A stretch of DNA of 58,615 nucleotides, filler included, from Platydemus manokwari (GCA_037951405.1; 4 parts of 4 records of this genome joined end to end with filler, not necessarily neighbours in it); one strand, 5' to 3'; counted from the whole stretch's first letter, positions 1 through 21,124 are shown. The notes: generated from the sequence alone by a model not told the origin. A program made the numbers and translations.

Positions 1-3000
1 AGAAAAATCTATTAATCTATTTAAATATTTTTATCAAGCTGACTAATGTGAATTATCAGTTGAAAAGAATAATAATTTTAATTGGTGTTGATTCATTCCA
101 TCAGTATTGACATTGCACGTAATATGAAATTTTTTCTCGAATTATATATCTTAATACTGTATTGGGTTACTTTTGTGTATTCTTGAACAATCAATCATCA
201 TTTAGATTGTCAATTCTAACATGACGGTATTAATTTTGTGATAAAACGTTTCAAATCTCTCAAGAAATGTAAATCCATCTGACTATAATTCACAATTCAT
301 TGTCATATTTTATTTTTCATGTATATATTTCGAAGGTTATTTAATATTATCAATGAAGTTTTAATCTTATGTGAATATTGTTTTTTTTATTTATTCAATT
401 TTTGTTTTAACCAAGGGCTATTTAATTAAGAAATTTAAAGAATTCAATAAGAGGAGATTGAGAGAAAGATTTGTTTAGTTAAGAGAATATTTTTAATAGA
501 AATAAAAGCTTACATAATCAAGTACTATCAAGTAAAATTTTGAATACAATAGAAAATGCTAAGAAATTTTTAGGTGCTTTATGATAACTTTAAATTATAT
601 ACTCTATTATTTTGAGATTTAAAAGGAGTTTTAAGAATTTAAAGGAGTGAGCTTTTACAACAATTCTTTTGATCTTCTATTAAAAAATTAAAATATTAAT
701 ATATTTTCTGAAAAATTTGACTTCACTAATAAGTAGCTTATACGTCAATAATTGTATTTTCAAATTTGAAATATAATGCGAGAGCTTACAATTGTCAATT
801 TTAGGTATCATTAGAAAATTCTTTGTTACGTTTTTTAGTGCACATAATTAAATTGTAATTGACAGGCCAAGTGGAACACCTCACATGGCTTATACTGATT
901 ATCACCCTTGTTATATATTGCTTTCTAAATTGATGTGTTAAATTCTTTTTATTTAAATGGATTCGTGGAATAGCAGCTATGTCATATTTATATGTTAAAT
1001 ATTTTAATTCATCAATTAGAAAAAAAATTTAATATAGATATATTTATAATAAACGAATCCTTTATATTCCCATAGTATTCGTGTAGTTTAAAAAATATAT
1101 TTTTAGAACAAGAGATTAAAATTTTTAGACTTCCAATATTTCGGCTAACGACTTCTTCAATTGCTTGTATATATAATTTTAGCAATCATAATCTACCAAG
1201 AAAAAGATGAAATTATATTTGTGTTTGCGTATCTAATATGGTAATCGCTTCTGAATACCGATATTTTAAGCTAATAGCTAGAGATACTCTTTCATTGATG
1301 AATTTTTTATAATTTAACATTTTGCTAATCGATTGTTTCACTTTTGTTTTAAATTTGATATTTAAAACAATAAGTTTTGCAACTCAATAATATTTAAAGA
1401 AATGTATGAAATATATGATATCAAATGATTCATTAAAATAGATAAGGAAAAGCCATAGCTAAAGATATCAGATTAAAGTCAAAGATTAAAGTTTACAAAA
1501 ACTCTGCGTTTTCCAATTAATTTTAGATGTCAAATCACATTAATAATATACGCAATTAAAAATAGTAGTTTCAAATTTATATCACCAATAAAAGAATCTA
1601 AAAATATATTAAAGAAAGATTTATATTTAAATGGAAATTTATTTACCATCATCTATTTTAGAAAGCAATTTTTCTGATATCTTTTCATTTCGCATTTCTT
1701 ATAAAATTTGAAAATGCTTCAAAGAAAATATTACATTCCTAGATTAAGGTGTATAATTTGCAAATTGATAACGGCTTCCAATTCATTATGGAAAATATGG
1801 TTGAATAAATAATGTAAAGGTCATGTCGACATTGTATTAGATTTGTAATTTATAAGAGCTGTATATCAGTACAGTTTTATTGTGAAAATCTTGTTGAAAT
1901 ATTTAATTATGAGATCATTAGACAATGTTTATTGGAAAATGAAACTAATTTTCTAAATTTATTGAAGTATTTTTGATTTAATATTACAATAAATCTGAAA
2001 ATATCCTCCAAATGATTTTAAAAATATGATAATTTAAAGAACTATCGGTTATGATGATTTATTTTTGAAATTATTTTAATAATTATGTTATTAATTCGGT
2101 TTTATATTCATTCAATAATTTGAAAATGATATTATAGCCAAAAATAAAAATTGAGCAAACATACGGATTCAAAATCAACACCGTTATTTGTCTTATTAAA
2201 AGCCTATCTCGACTATAAAACACACTCGTCATTTTGTGAAACCATATAGCTTGGAAACAAGAAATAGTTATAATGCTATTGTATTTATTAATATTTATGA
2301 TTAAGATAAAAGTAATATATGGATTCAATTTTATATAAAGAGCTATACACATCTATCGTCACGATTTATTCAAATATTTTATTAAATTTATGTAAATATC
2401 ATCTAAATGAATCAATCCTCCGTAACACAGTTTTAATAATTTAGCATGTTTATTTTATTGTTAAAATCAACGATTAAATAAAATTTATTATTATACACTG
2501 TCGGTGCTAATGGAATTAATATTAGAAAATAATATTATTTTTGCATTGAGCTTTTAGGTTACTGATTTCGGTTAATGATGAAGAAATTTCCTTGGTGGAA
2601 ATTCTCTTTACAAGCACTATGATACATGACATTGATTTAACATCAAAATTTCACATAGATCGCAACGAAACATATTTGATTTGGACTAATTATTGGACAT
2701 TAATAAACTTCATACGAATATATCCGTCTTAAGTATTCTGTGATATATTTATTGATGACGATTTAACCTATCATAGGGAAGTCTTAAAGTGATTATATTA
2801 ATCGTATAAATATGATCTTCATAAATATACTCTTTGTAATATTCTTTGAATTAATTTTTTGAAATATCGAAAAAATAGAACCTATTAAAATGAAAATATA
2901 ATTACTTCAGAAATATTAAATTGAAAAAAATACTGTGTTTTCACGGAAATATTGATTCATAAACTCTAACTGTATTAATTAAATAAACTTTTCAATATTA

Positions 3001-3039
3001 AAGTGGTATATTTATCATGATTTTTTTTAAAAATTTTAG

Positions 3040-9592
<6,553 letters not shown>

Positions 9593-12500
9593 GTAATTAT
9601 TTATTAAAATTAACATCAGATCATTCATCAACTTTCAAATAAAATCTTAACGTATATATTTAGATGTACATATTAATTTCATAACGTTAAACGCTTTTGA
9701 ATTTATTGATTCAATAAATTTAGTTTCCTATGTATTTATGTCGTGTAATTGTCTTGCATGTCAAAATTTAAAGTAAACAATATTCCAGAGGTAAAATATT
9801 TGTGATAATCACATCTGGAGTTGATTAGAAAGGATTATTCAATTAATAGCAATTCCCTACGCGCAATAGTTATTCTTTTTCACAAATAAAGTCAAGGAAA
9901 ATTATAGTGTCCCAGATATCAAAATTACCTTTTCGTTAAAAATCTCGGCGAGGAGAAATATTATTCTCGTTGATAATATTTATATTAAAAATGTTTTGAG
10001 TGTTGATCATTGTCCGTGGTTGTTAATTTCGGGGAGACATTCAAAATCCATATTTGTTTTTAGATCCAATTATAATATTCTTTAATCGTACTGTATTGTG
10101 AATAAAAAAAATCAATATTTAAAATATAACGAAAAAACGTTGAATCGTCAGTATATAAAAAATAGGAAATTGAAACAAATCCTTATATTCCCAGAGGAAA
10201 AAAATATTTGTGCCGACCCCATGTATTGTGTACATTATGAATACATATTGGAATTATATAATAATTAGTTAGAAAATATTTTTTACCTGGTCTATAAACA
10301 GAAAATCACTATATTACGAATAAAATATCAATGAAATTCTTAATTTTTTAAAATTTATTTAGTATTTTTTAAAATGTATTTTAGTTATTTATTTGTATGT
10401 TTATTATTGGATAGAAGTTTATTATTATTGCTGGTAATAATAATTAGCTTAGTTTAAATCATATATTCAAAAATTGCATTATTATTGTTTATATATATCT
10501 ACACATTCATTTCTCCATTTAAAATTAGTTTAGTTAGGATTGATTTAATATTTACAGAAGGATCTTGTTAATTAATATTATATAATTCTAACCGGTTTTG
10601 TTTATCGTTCTATTCAAGTTGTCATTGAAATTGAAATATAAGGAAAATTATTGCATCTCTTAATAATAATTGACTTAAATAATGATTTTCATTCCTTTTA
10701 TTCTCCATAAATTTGATGTAATAAAAAATTAGTTTTCCCATCAATTCTTTGATAGCATTTGGATTAATAAGTGATGCGCAATATTTTATTTTTGCTTGAT
10801 TAGATTTTTCTAAATATGTATGGAATTTGTCGATAAAATGACATTGCCCGTACTTGAATCATTTTAATAATTGATCTTCGGAATCTTACATGGAATGGGG
10901 ATTTTTCGTTAATTTTTCTTTAGAATTGCTATGCTGCAATTATTGCTAATATATTAAATTATTATAAATATTATATATGCATATAATAGGATCTTATTAT
11001 GACGTCTTTTCATTCCGTGGTATGCCTTATGTGTGTCTAATTTCATATTTAGTGAGCATAGTTTTTGATCATTGAGAATAATTAATGAAAAATCATTGGC
11101 TAAAATCACCAATATAATCATTGAGTTGAAAATTATATAAACATTATCTTCATATGATATTTAAGAATAATATACAATCCATTAAAGATATAATTTCTGA
11201 AATCCATTTATCAATTTATAGTAATTATATTTCATCAAAATTTCTTCCGTCAAGGAAATCTATCGGTAATATATTTTATCGGTTCTCAAAGAAAGTTTTT
11301 CTAATTTATAAAAATGGCATTAAAAAAATTTATTGATTGCTTTACCCATTGAAAGTCTAGACGTGATTAAAAAATTTATTTAAAATAATAAGTAAAAAGA
11401 TTTAAAGAAAAAATTTTCCATCTGTCTTTATATATGGTTATCGATATCAAATAATCGGGCTGTCACTAGTTGATATTGAAATGATTTATATGTTTGTACA
11501 AAATTTTCAAATAAACTTATTTTTTTCCCTATAATAATTTCCCTATAAACAATAGAGCATTTATTCATAACCAATCTTTCTATTCTTTTTTTCCAATAAT
11601 ATACATTAAGTGAAACGAAAAACAATAGAATCTAGAAACATATGAAAAATAATACAATAGTGTTGTTGTTTCCACAAAGATATTTTCACAATCTTTAACA
11701 TATTTATCTACTATATCTTCCACATTTTGTGAGAATTAAATATTTTTCCAGTTGACTATTATTGGAAAAGTGCCAACGAAGAACTTATCTAAGTTATCGT
11801 GCATTTATGGTTACAAGAAGCAAAATGACGTCACAATCAAAACGCCACAAAAGGATATGCATAGCAATGTAAAGTACTTAATATTTAAATGGTATCTTTT
11901 TCTATTTTAAAATACTGATAATATATCCAAGCGTGTTTCTCTTGAACATAAATGGCAATGATATATTTTATAGTTGTCTAGAAAAAATCTATTTCTTTTT
12001 GATCATTACATTTCTACATATGTTTACTCCAAACAACTAAAATTGGTTTTTAATTTTTCAATTCATACATTACTTTAAAATAAAAGAAACTAATATTTTT
12101 AATGGACAGATCCATATTTGTATTAAATATTTTCTTTAATTCTCACAAATATTCTTTACTCTACCTACACATCATCAAGGTGGATAGCTCTTATAGTAAT
12201 TATTAATTCAATTGTTACGTAAGCATTTTCACTTGATAATCAAATTGAGAATAAAAATACTTGAAAACTGTTGATATAACATTTGTAGTCTGTTGTGTGG
12301 AATGTCAAAATGGTGCCAAGATGATCAGCTCAATGTTGTGTTTTTGTTAATTTAGAACATAAATTCTTTGAAATTTTTTTAGTTCTAATTAATAAGTCAA
12401 ATAATAATTATAATATCAATATGAAAACAATTATATTTTGTAAAATACTTGCGACATTCTGTATTTTCCTTAAAACAGATTTTTATTAAGGTTGAAATAT

Positions 12501-12604
12501 TAAAAAAGAGATGGCGATGATGTCAATATAAGCGTATCTAACATTTTAGATGGTGAAGGACATTAAATCTTGCAATATATTTTTAATCAGTCAACTCATT
12601 GTTA

Positions 12605-12635
12605 GGGTGCGCCTTATAGTCCGGAAAATACGGTA
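12605..12635 (-). mobile_element. Solitary terminal inverted repeat of a Tc1/mariner (pogo/Tigger-type) non-autonomous element
   Basis: GGGTGCGCCTTATAGTCCGGAAAATACGG followed by TA. The reverse complement TA-CCGTATTTTCCGGACTATAAGGCGCAC is a typical pogo/Tigger-like terminus with a TA target. No partner end was seen. Confidence 0.5.
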
Positions 12636-12866
12636 TTGTTATTACAAGAATTATAAAAATGTTTGATTGTTTTTCGTTGTAAAAGATGGGAAATAAAATT
12701 TCAAAATCATCGAGAAGACATTGTTGAATTAAATAAAAATTAGATTTAGTTATAAATAAAGTGATCTATTTTAAGATACATTTGAAATATTGGATGTGCT
12801 TAATGTTGATATAATAATAGATGTATTTGAATACATTTTGAAACAAGTCGCATTACTGGAATGTCT

Positions 12867-12966
12867 NNNNNNNNNNNNNNNNNNNNNNNNNNNNNNNNNN
12901 NNNNNNNNNNTTAATTAATTAANNNNNNNNNNNNNNNNNNNNNNNNNNNNNNNNNNNNNNNNNNNN
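12867..12966. other. Artificial assembly linker (44N + TTAATTAATTAA + 44N)
   Basis: Exactly 100 nt. The 12-mer puts stop codons in all six frames, and identical structures occur at 31444 and 48395. Confidence 0.97.
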
Positions 12967-14184
12967 ACTGCGCTATCGAGGCCTGCTATTATCCATATTT
13001 CACCAATTTTATTATTTTTATTCCATACCCCCTCTTTACATTTTGCAAATAAATCGTACAAATTTCAACTATCTATCCTGGAAAATCTCTGTCTGTCAGG
13101 AAAAATCTAATAGTAGATTTAAACTCATCACAAAAATATAAATGAATAATCTGCTTTCATTCAAGGGAGAAAATATTTTTGATCAAGGCAATTATTTTGA
13201 CACAATCATTCTCCAAATGTTATTCAGAATTGTGATATCAATTGTAATTAAAGAAATTTCTCATGTAATATTTGAAAGAATCTTATAAATCTCAAAACAA
13301 TGATTGATAATAAGAGAAAAATTTATTTTTTTCAACATTTCGATTCCAGCTTGCAGAATGTTTAATTGAAAATTTGAAAATGAGTCAGTAATCAAACAGG
13401 TTTTCTATCATTTATCGATTGTGATACTGAACCAGTAAAAGATTAAAGACATGTAAACGCATCCAAAACATAATCTGATATCAAATGGTAATTCGCTTTC
13501 GATTTGTAAAATCTATTCCGTGATACCTTCAAAACACTAGCAAATTTATCGATAAAACTTTAATTTCAACAACGATATCGTTCTATTAATTGTATAAAAT
13601 GCGAACAATAAATATTCTTCAAATACATATGGTTTGAATTCCCCACTTTAATCAGATAAGTCTTTTTCAAAAATCCTGTCAATATTTGTAGCACATTGCA
13701 AATTATTCATCATTAACAAAACATAATCAATTTGTATCTGATTTCGTTTAATGTGTTTTGAAAATATAAAGGCTGTATCAATTGTGAAATGCTTGTAAAT
13801 AAACTCAATAGAATAATTCTGTTAAATATTGATCTTAATCAATATAAAAGTACCACAATGATTTCATTATAATTGTGCTATTTATTGATTTAATAAACAA
13901 TTGAAAAATAATCAATCATTAGTAATAATTATTATAAAGCAGTTCATTAAAATGGTGTGGGTTTTGTTTATCTCACTCTCTCAACCATCATTCTAAACTC
14001 ATATCAATAGCAACGTCCAATCAAAATGCAGTTCATCATCAGATCACCGCAAAACATTCTTTAGTTACACAAAATCACATCCAGGTAGCAGCAACAGTAA
14101 AACACCGAAAGTCCAGAATAAATAAATAAATTTATTCTCAAGAACATCCAGGAAATACAAAACAATTTTATAATAAAAGCGCGT

Positions 14185-17100
14185 CTATTGGTGTTGATCG
14201 ACAATATTTAGCTCATTTAATTGGCACAAACATTGTGAAGTTCCTGATTCTTCCTCGAAAACCTTCTTGATGTTGTCTAAATGGATCCTTTTCACGTTGA
14301 TGAAGTTCAAAGCATCATCCAAAGACATTTTCCAACTATTAACGACAGTTAGCAATACCGGATCAGTAGATCCATGCTCTTGAGATCTAATTGTTTCCAT
14401 CTTAAATCGAGAGATAAATTGTTCCAACTCATTAATCATTTCGAGCACTAAAATCGGTAATTTGGGTAAATTAGACGATTCCAAGAATGATTTGAATTGT
14501 TCATTCTTGGGATCGGGAACAGCTTCACCACATAAGTCGCCTTTCTTCTTTTTATTCCGTCGTTTCATGGCTAATTTAGGTCTACAAAGCCAAAATCCAA
14601 ATGAAGAAAATCTTTGGAATCAAATCAACTAATTTAAATATTATTGATTATGCAACTGGGTTAGGTCAAATAAGCTCCAACGGTGTTAATATCGTAACAA
14701 TTAGTCCAGGGAAATTAGCAATATTAAAAATGTTAATAAGCTGGATCTTCAGGTCTAATCAGACCTGCCATTATAATAATAATTTATAAACAACTTTATT
14801 TTATTCAAGCAAATTGTAAAAATATTTTTATCAAGCTTACATAAAACTGTTTAACAATTTCGACCAATCAAATTAAACCCGATAATTGACTATGTGTATA
14901 TCGTGCATGGGAAGAAAGAAGTGAAATAATTGGAATTGATTACTATTTAATCGATAGTAAATAGTGAATGGATTTTCATTTATTATGTGATCACAGAAAA
15001 CCAGTTCTGCTGCTTATATGAATGGCAAATATTATAATAATTACTCATCATATTCATCATTTTTTAATAATTATATCTTATTGTCCAACACTAATCAATT
15101 ATTATCTTTCAATGTTAATTCGCCATTGTTCAATGTTTATCCCCTTATTATCCTTAATAAATCAATAATTATCCTCTTATTGCCAATCACTAATCACTCT
15201 TTATCCCCTTATTATCCTTAATAAATCACTAATCAATAATTATAGATAATCAATATCGAAACCATTCATTACTATCACAACAATCCAAAAATACCTCAAT
15301 GGTTTCGTCATATTCTCCAATAATCCCAGTGTCAATGTCAACCATGATAACAGTTCACATATTACCGTCAGCTTGGTTATAATGTCATCTTTAATAACTA
15401 TCAGAAACAAGCATCCATGATCGATATTGATGGTCAAAACTTGATCAATAATAGATTTCAGTGGTGCCACAACTGTTGTGATCCAATCAATGGGCTGTGC
15501 TGAAAGAAGATAAAAAATTTAATATGATATGATAATCAATAATAATTCGATATCGGTTGTATGTTTCTAATACCTGGTTCAATACGTCTGACAAATATAT
15601 CATGAAATGATATCATGGAATCAATACATGAGAAAAATGTATTGATATATGTCCGAGTGAATGAGCTCTGAGGAGGTTCCGGACATCCAGTGATATTTTC
15701 CGTGAGATATTTATAGGAACCCGTCAAATCATCCATTTTTGTCCAGATATCATTCAGTTGTTGACGACAAGAAATCATTGTTTTATAATGATCACTGAGA
15801 TCGGTTTCAAATGATAAATTCGGATCAGATAACAATCGATCTATCTTAACAACGGTTTCCATGTTCAACTTGGATGCCGAATAAAATGTTCTAATCATCA
15901 ATGCTCGAACAGAACTCCACATAACCTGATCATAATCAATCAAATAACTCTCACAATATGACACTTAATCAGAGCTCACAATATTATCGAATGACAATTT
16001 CTGATGTTCATCTGTCCACATTCTGAAATTATTCAATCAATTATCGACATCCAATATGACATAAAGCAGCACCTTTCGAATTGGGTGAAATCTGGAGATG
16101 TTTTAAGGTCTCGAAAATCTTTCATGTTAGAATAATAGACCATCATATCCAGCTCTATGAATAGATATTCCCGTTGATAACAGTTCACAATTAAATCAAT
16201 CATATTAATCAGTTTTAGAACACATGGTGCAAATATAATGTTTTTGAAAATAATCACAAAAAATCGATATAGGAAATATATCAAATAATAATTATATAAT
16301 GTTCAATAATATTAAGATTATTATTAATTATAATAACCAATGATAATTATTATTATTATTAATTTCAATGTGAGTCAATTTATATTTAAATTAGCTTAAT
16401 TCTCCTGATAGACAACGCATTAACAATTTGAAAAATAATACCAATAAATCTTATTTGCAGTCGGCCAATCAAATTTTTTAGAACAAAAAATCAATAAATA
16501 AATAATCGTATTAATAATATCACAAAACAATATGTAGTTGGCATGGTAACGTGATAGCACAAACAATATCCTAATTGATATAAATAACAAACCACTCAAC
16601 CGACCAATCAGAACTCATCTTGATGTGACAGTAACTGCACAGGTTAAATTCAGGAAATGTAATACCAATAATGATAGAATTAAATCAATAATTACAAACA
16701 ATGATAATAAACGATAATAATTTGGAAAAATCAATAATTGAGATATTAATAATCATGCAGCTAATACAACTCACCTGGATCAGATGATTCCACTTCCTGG
16801 ACATTGATAGCACTGAAAGTCTCGAACAAATCATCACAACTGGAAAATGTAAAAATCAATAACCGATTAGCAATGTCAAAGATTACTTGTTGCATTTTAT
16901 AATCGTATTGACATAGAGAATCTCGATCTCGCTCAATCGGGTCATGACGCTTGCATCGATGTCACGATGGAATTCAATGATTTCCGGTATCCGGCTGTAG
17001 TTACCCAATCTAAATGATGAGAAAATCAAATCAATTATCGATCCAGATTCACATGATGTGTGGATCATCATCACTTACTTATAACACGTCACCAAGCTAT

Positions 17101-20100
17101 CCTCGATTTCGATCTTATTCTTCAATTTCCTGTCGACATTTCGTTTCAAGAATTGCACTCGTGCTTGGAACGAAGGCATAGAGAGCAGCGGTAAAATATA
17201 AAAATATCCCAAACTGTCCCACATCAACTGTTTGATCTCGAGTTCATTAAATTGATTAATCAACAGATCACCACACTTGAGAACACCGAATAAATGCGAT
17301 AATTGTAATCGTAAATTATAATTTGCTGATGATTGCTCCACAGATCGTTTCAAAATAATAATGGCATCGATTAGTGGAGCAAAATTCGTCTGATTCGAGG
17401 CTACCCACTGATCGTAATGGTGCGAAACGGCTAGTTTCGCAAAGTTATCACTCGGTTTTATTTCGCTAGATGAAAGATTCGTCGAAAATTGCAAACCGTG
17501 GTCATAAATTGTCATCAAAGTATCTATGTTAGCCTTGTCGTCACTGGCAACGGCCCGTTTGAGAAATTCAACACACACGTGTTTTTCGATATCTTTCGCC
17601 TAGAATCGATAAATCAAATAACAACAAGCTGCCTAAAAAAAGGGAACATTTTTGATATGATCAACCGATAGCGGCCCAGCATGTTGGGCGATTTTTGTGA
17701 CGATTTCACGTCGCTCGTCCGGCGAGAAATCGTTGAGTGCCATGAATGAATAAATATCATATAAACACGAAGGCTTATCACCGAATTCGATGAAATATTC
17801 GACGATTGGGTCGATTTTCGATCGGAATTCCAACGGTAAGTCGTCATGCTTGGTTGAATGCAATTTCAAACAGAAATGGATTCTCGCCACACTAATTGCC
17901 ATGGTGGTTTTTTTGACGGTCTTTAATTTTTCAATAACGGATTCGATTCTGATTTGGATGAATAACAAAAAAGAAAGGCAATCAATTAAAAATAAAATAT
18001 TTGTAATGAAAATATTACGAATGATCGTTTTGTTTTGCTAGATTCAAATGGACAACAACATCGATGTAATCACGCCACATACAAACGTCGTCAATGCTAG
18101 AAATGAAATAAATTTATCTCCATAAATATAATTAATTAACAATTATCCACAAATAATCGTTTGATTGCTCTTTATATGAGCATGACAACAGAGAAAAGGT
18201 ATGAGGGGGAAAATATGTATATATTATCAATGTTTACCCGATATTCACTGAAGCGAGAGAGGAGAAATAGAAATGAAAAATCAATACGATATTCCGCCAA
18301 TAGCCATAGGGAGAATAAAACAAATAATAAATGAAATATGTTAAAATTTATTGCTTGACAGAATTGAAATTTTTCACTTTTAATTTTTCAATTTTAATGA
18401 ATCAATTATAATTTTATTATTATTTAATTTTTATTTTAACGAAATGTTTTTCTTAACAAGTGTAGAAATGTTCTGAAATGGGCAAAAATATGAAAAATAA
18501 TAACTGAAAAATGTTTGAACCATGGGAAAATTTATTTAGAAAATCCCCCCAATGAAAAGCAGTCGACCGTGAAAAATGGAACAATCATAGCTATTAAATG
18601 TGGATAACGTTGTTTTCAAGGTAAAAGACAATTACTTGTTCTGTAAGCAATCCCAAAATAAATCACAAGTTTCCAATTTTCTATCCAATTTTAATAAAAT
18701 ATCTAATTTATGTCGATTAAAAAGATGTTTGTTTTGATTATTTTCAACAACATCTATCAAGGAGAACAATGTCAATATTTAATATCAGAAATAACGAATT
18801 TAAAACATGTTTAACACAAGCTTTTGAATTGTTTGTTTATGCTAAAAAATATTATTTGGAATAAATAATAGCAGAAACCCATCCATTTTCAATTTATGTT
18901 ACACACTTCAATGATAGCCAATCAGAATGGAATTTGTTGCAATGATAATCAGGTGGGTGACTTATTGGTTTTAAATATATCAGCTACAATTTTCTTCAAA
19001 ATGAAAACACAGTGTGGAGATTTAAAAAAATTGCTACTTGAATTTTCTTTTAAATTTTTTGATATAATTTCGTAATAAGTCTAAAATAATTTATTCACTG
19101 AGTTTTTCGAAAACTTGTGATAACCAGTTGCAAATATCGTTGCAATGAAAATACATTATTTTCATTTCATTAGCAACTTAAATCAATTCTTTTTCGAATT
19201 TTATTAAATTACCATGGTAATTGATATTTACGCCTGTCTGGTTTTGAATTTTCCCTGCCGTTAACCCTAAAAGCCTTATTTTCAATAAATTTACAAAAAA
19301 CAAGTCTCATGTGAATAAATAAATTAAGTTTATAAAACCAGTTTATTTCCGAATAATATCAAAGATCATTCTAACAATATTAAACGTCAGGTTTTTACTT
19401 ATCTAATTCAATTTTATGGAGTAAAATAACGCATTTCGTACTTTAACATGCGGAAAAAGTATTTGAAAATCTTTTCACGACTTTTAATCGATTACGAACT
19501 CTTCAAAGATTGATCGCGTTGAAAATCGGATTTTCAGAATAAATATAAAAACATTCAATCAGAAAGTCAAATAAATAATAAAAATAATCAATATTTTACT
19601 AATAATTTATGTAAAAACGAAATAATAAATTAATAAATATTAAAAATTTAATCAATTGATTGATAATTAAAACGTGCATCAAAAAATTAGTTTTAGAAAA
19701 GATAAAAAAATTGATAAATATTGAAAAAAATAAAAAATTAATTAAAAATAATTTATAAAATATAACAGAAAATTAATTTTTTGGGGGAAAATTAATTGAT
19801 AAATATCATTGAAACCACTAATTAAACAATAAAAACAATGAATTAATTAATAATTAATCAATTAACAATTGATGGACACTTGCATTCTTTTTTATTTGTT
19901 TCAAAAACTAAAATTAAATAATTAATTGAAAAGGAAAATTAATTAGTTCGGTAAATTATTTATTAAATCCCGAACCTAAATGTTATATAATGTAGTTACA
20001 GTAGAAGACATCTACAAAACATATGTCAGGATTTGTTGTTTAGTTATTCTATACTAGAAATGTTGCGCAATCAATAAACAATCTCTAGGAAAACGTGAAA

Positions 20101-21124
20101 TTTTCACTTTCGTTAGTCAACATATTAATCGAGACTATTTTACAAAATTTAGACTATTATTGAAAATAGAGACATAAAAATAAGCTTTCAACTTTATTTA
20201 CAGTATAAATAAATAATGTGAGATATTTCTTAAGTTAAATATGATTACAGATTATATTTATTTAATTTCATTTAACTATAAAGCTTGTGTTTAACATACA
20301 AATGAAATTTATAAATTACCTCTTAACACTGAACCATTTAACCATTCCAAACATTCCACCAATTTATTCGACTTTTCCAATGTATAAACTAGAAATTCAA
20401 CGATTTCCGGTGTTAAAATGGAATTCGAGTTGAGATATCTTGTTAATATAGCTTCGCCAAGCTTAATTAATCGCTGGTCGTTATTATAAACGCCATGTAA
20501 AACATTGGAAATAATCGGCCACAATACATATTCCAAATGATTGACGTTTATTTTTTTCAATTGTGTTGCAACTTTTTGCTGGGATAAAAAATCAAAATTT
20601 TTGGTATGACAATAGAACAAATTTGCGCAAATATCTTCACGATTTGGACATTTCTTATACGCTTCTTCATAAATGAGAATAATTTTGCCTTCTATAATAT
20701 TAAACAAAAACATATGCTACAAAACAAAGCGCTGTTTACTTTGATTACTCTCCTTATAAAAGTATGATAGAGAGTTAAGAGTATTTTCATCGGTTGGGGT
20801 TAATTTCGCAACTTCATCTATTAAATTATAGGCTTCTATTGACTTCCCTAACCTATATAGAGCCAACCCTTTAAGTACCTGACAACAAATACATACATTC
20901 TATAGGTTATTATTTAAATTAATACTTTGGCAGGTAATAGCTTAGGATTTTTCTTTAAAACTTTATCTGCTTCAAATATGGCTTTTTTAAAATTACCACC
21001 CTCCAACTGATCTGTGTAACGAAATAGAGAAATATGAATTAATTTATATTGCTGCATTACCGTATATTCCTTTTAATCGCCTTTCATTAACTTCTAACTG
21101 ACTGATAACTGCTTTAGAAGTCAT
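14185..21124 (-). CDS. NAA25: N-alpha-acetyltransferase 25, NatB auxiliary subunit (MDM20/psidin), 15 exons, ~981 aa
   Basis: Exons (5'->3'): 21124-21061, 21011-20926, 20878-20740, 20691-20320, 18753-18636, 18096-18019, 17948-17648, 17599-17079, 17009-16887, 16839-16775, 16154-16073, 16022-15980, 15925-15574, 15499-15295, 14581-14185. All GT-AG and in phase; total 2946 nt. Motifs match NAA25: NERRLKGIYDQLEGGNFKKAIFEADKVLKK..AKVLKGLAL (TPR), YFIEFGDKPSCLYDI, ELEIKQLMWDSLGY, CYKLGNYSRIPEIIEF, MKDFRDL, and the C-terminal basic stretch RPKLAMKRRNKKKK. Confidence 0.92.
15137..15228. repeat. Short local duplication in a NAA25 intron
   Basis: TTATCCCCTTATTATCCTTAATAAATCA occurs at 15137 and again at 15201. 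Confidence 0.7.
16441..16670 (+). promoter_or_regulatory. Candidate intronic regulatory module: RFX X-box plus clustered CCAAT boxes
   Basis: GTTGGCATGGTAAC at 16537-16550 (one mismatch to GTTRCCATGGYAAC). Same-orientation CCAAT at 16441, 16465, 16604 and 16665. Confidence 0.3.

Noticed and set aside
1200-1245. KDEIIFVFAYLIW* as the upstream GSK3 exon (KDEVYLNLVL...)
   Set aside because: Similarity stops after three residues and a stop follows; the real exon is probably upstream of the window.
12911-12922. Recurrent palindrome TTAATTAATTAA (also 31488 and 48439) as a biological repeat or recombination site
   Set aside because: Always centred in exactly 44+44 N, which marks an artificial contig spacer.
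17489-18041. Overlapping alternative-frame and antisense ORFs in NAA25 (similarly 29500, 38846, 38900, 54579, 54644)
   Set aside because: Shadows of real coding exons with locally higher GC.
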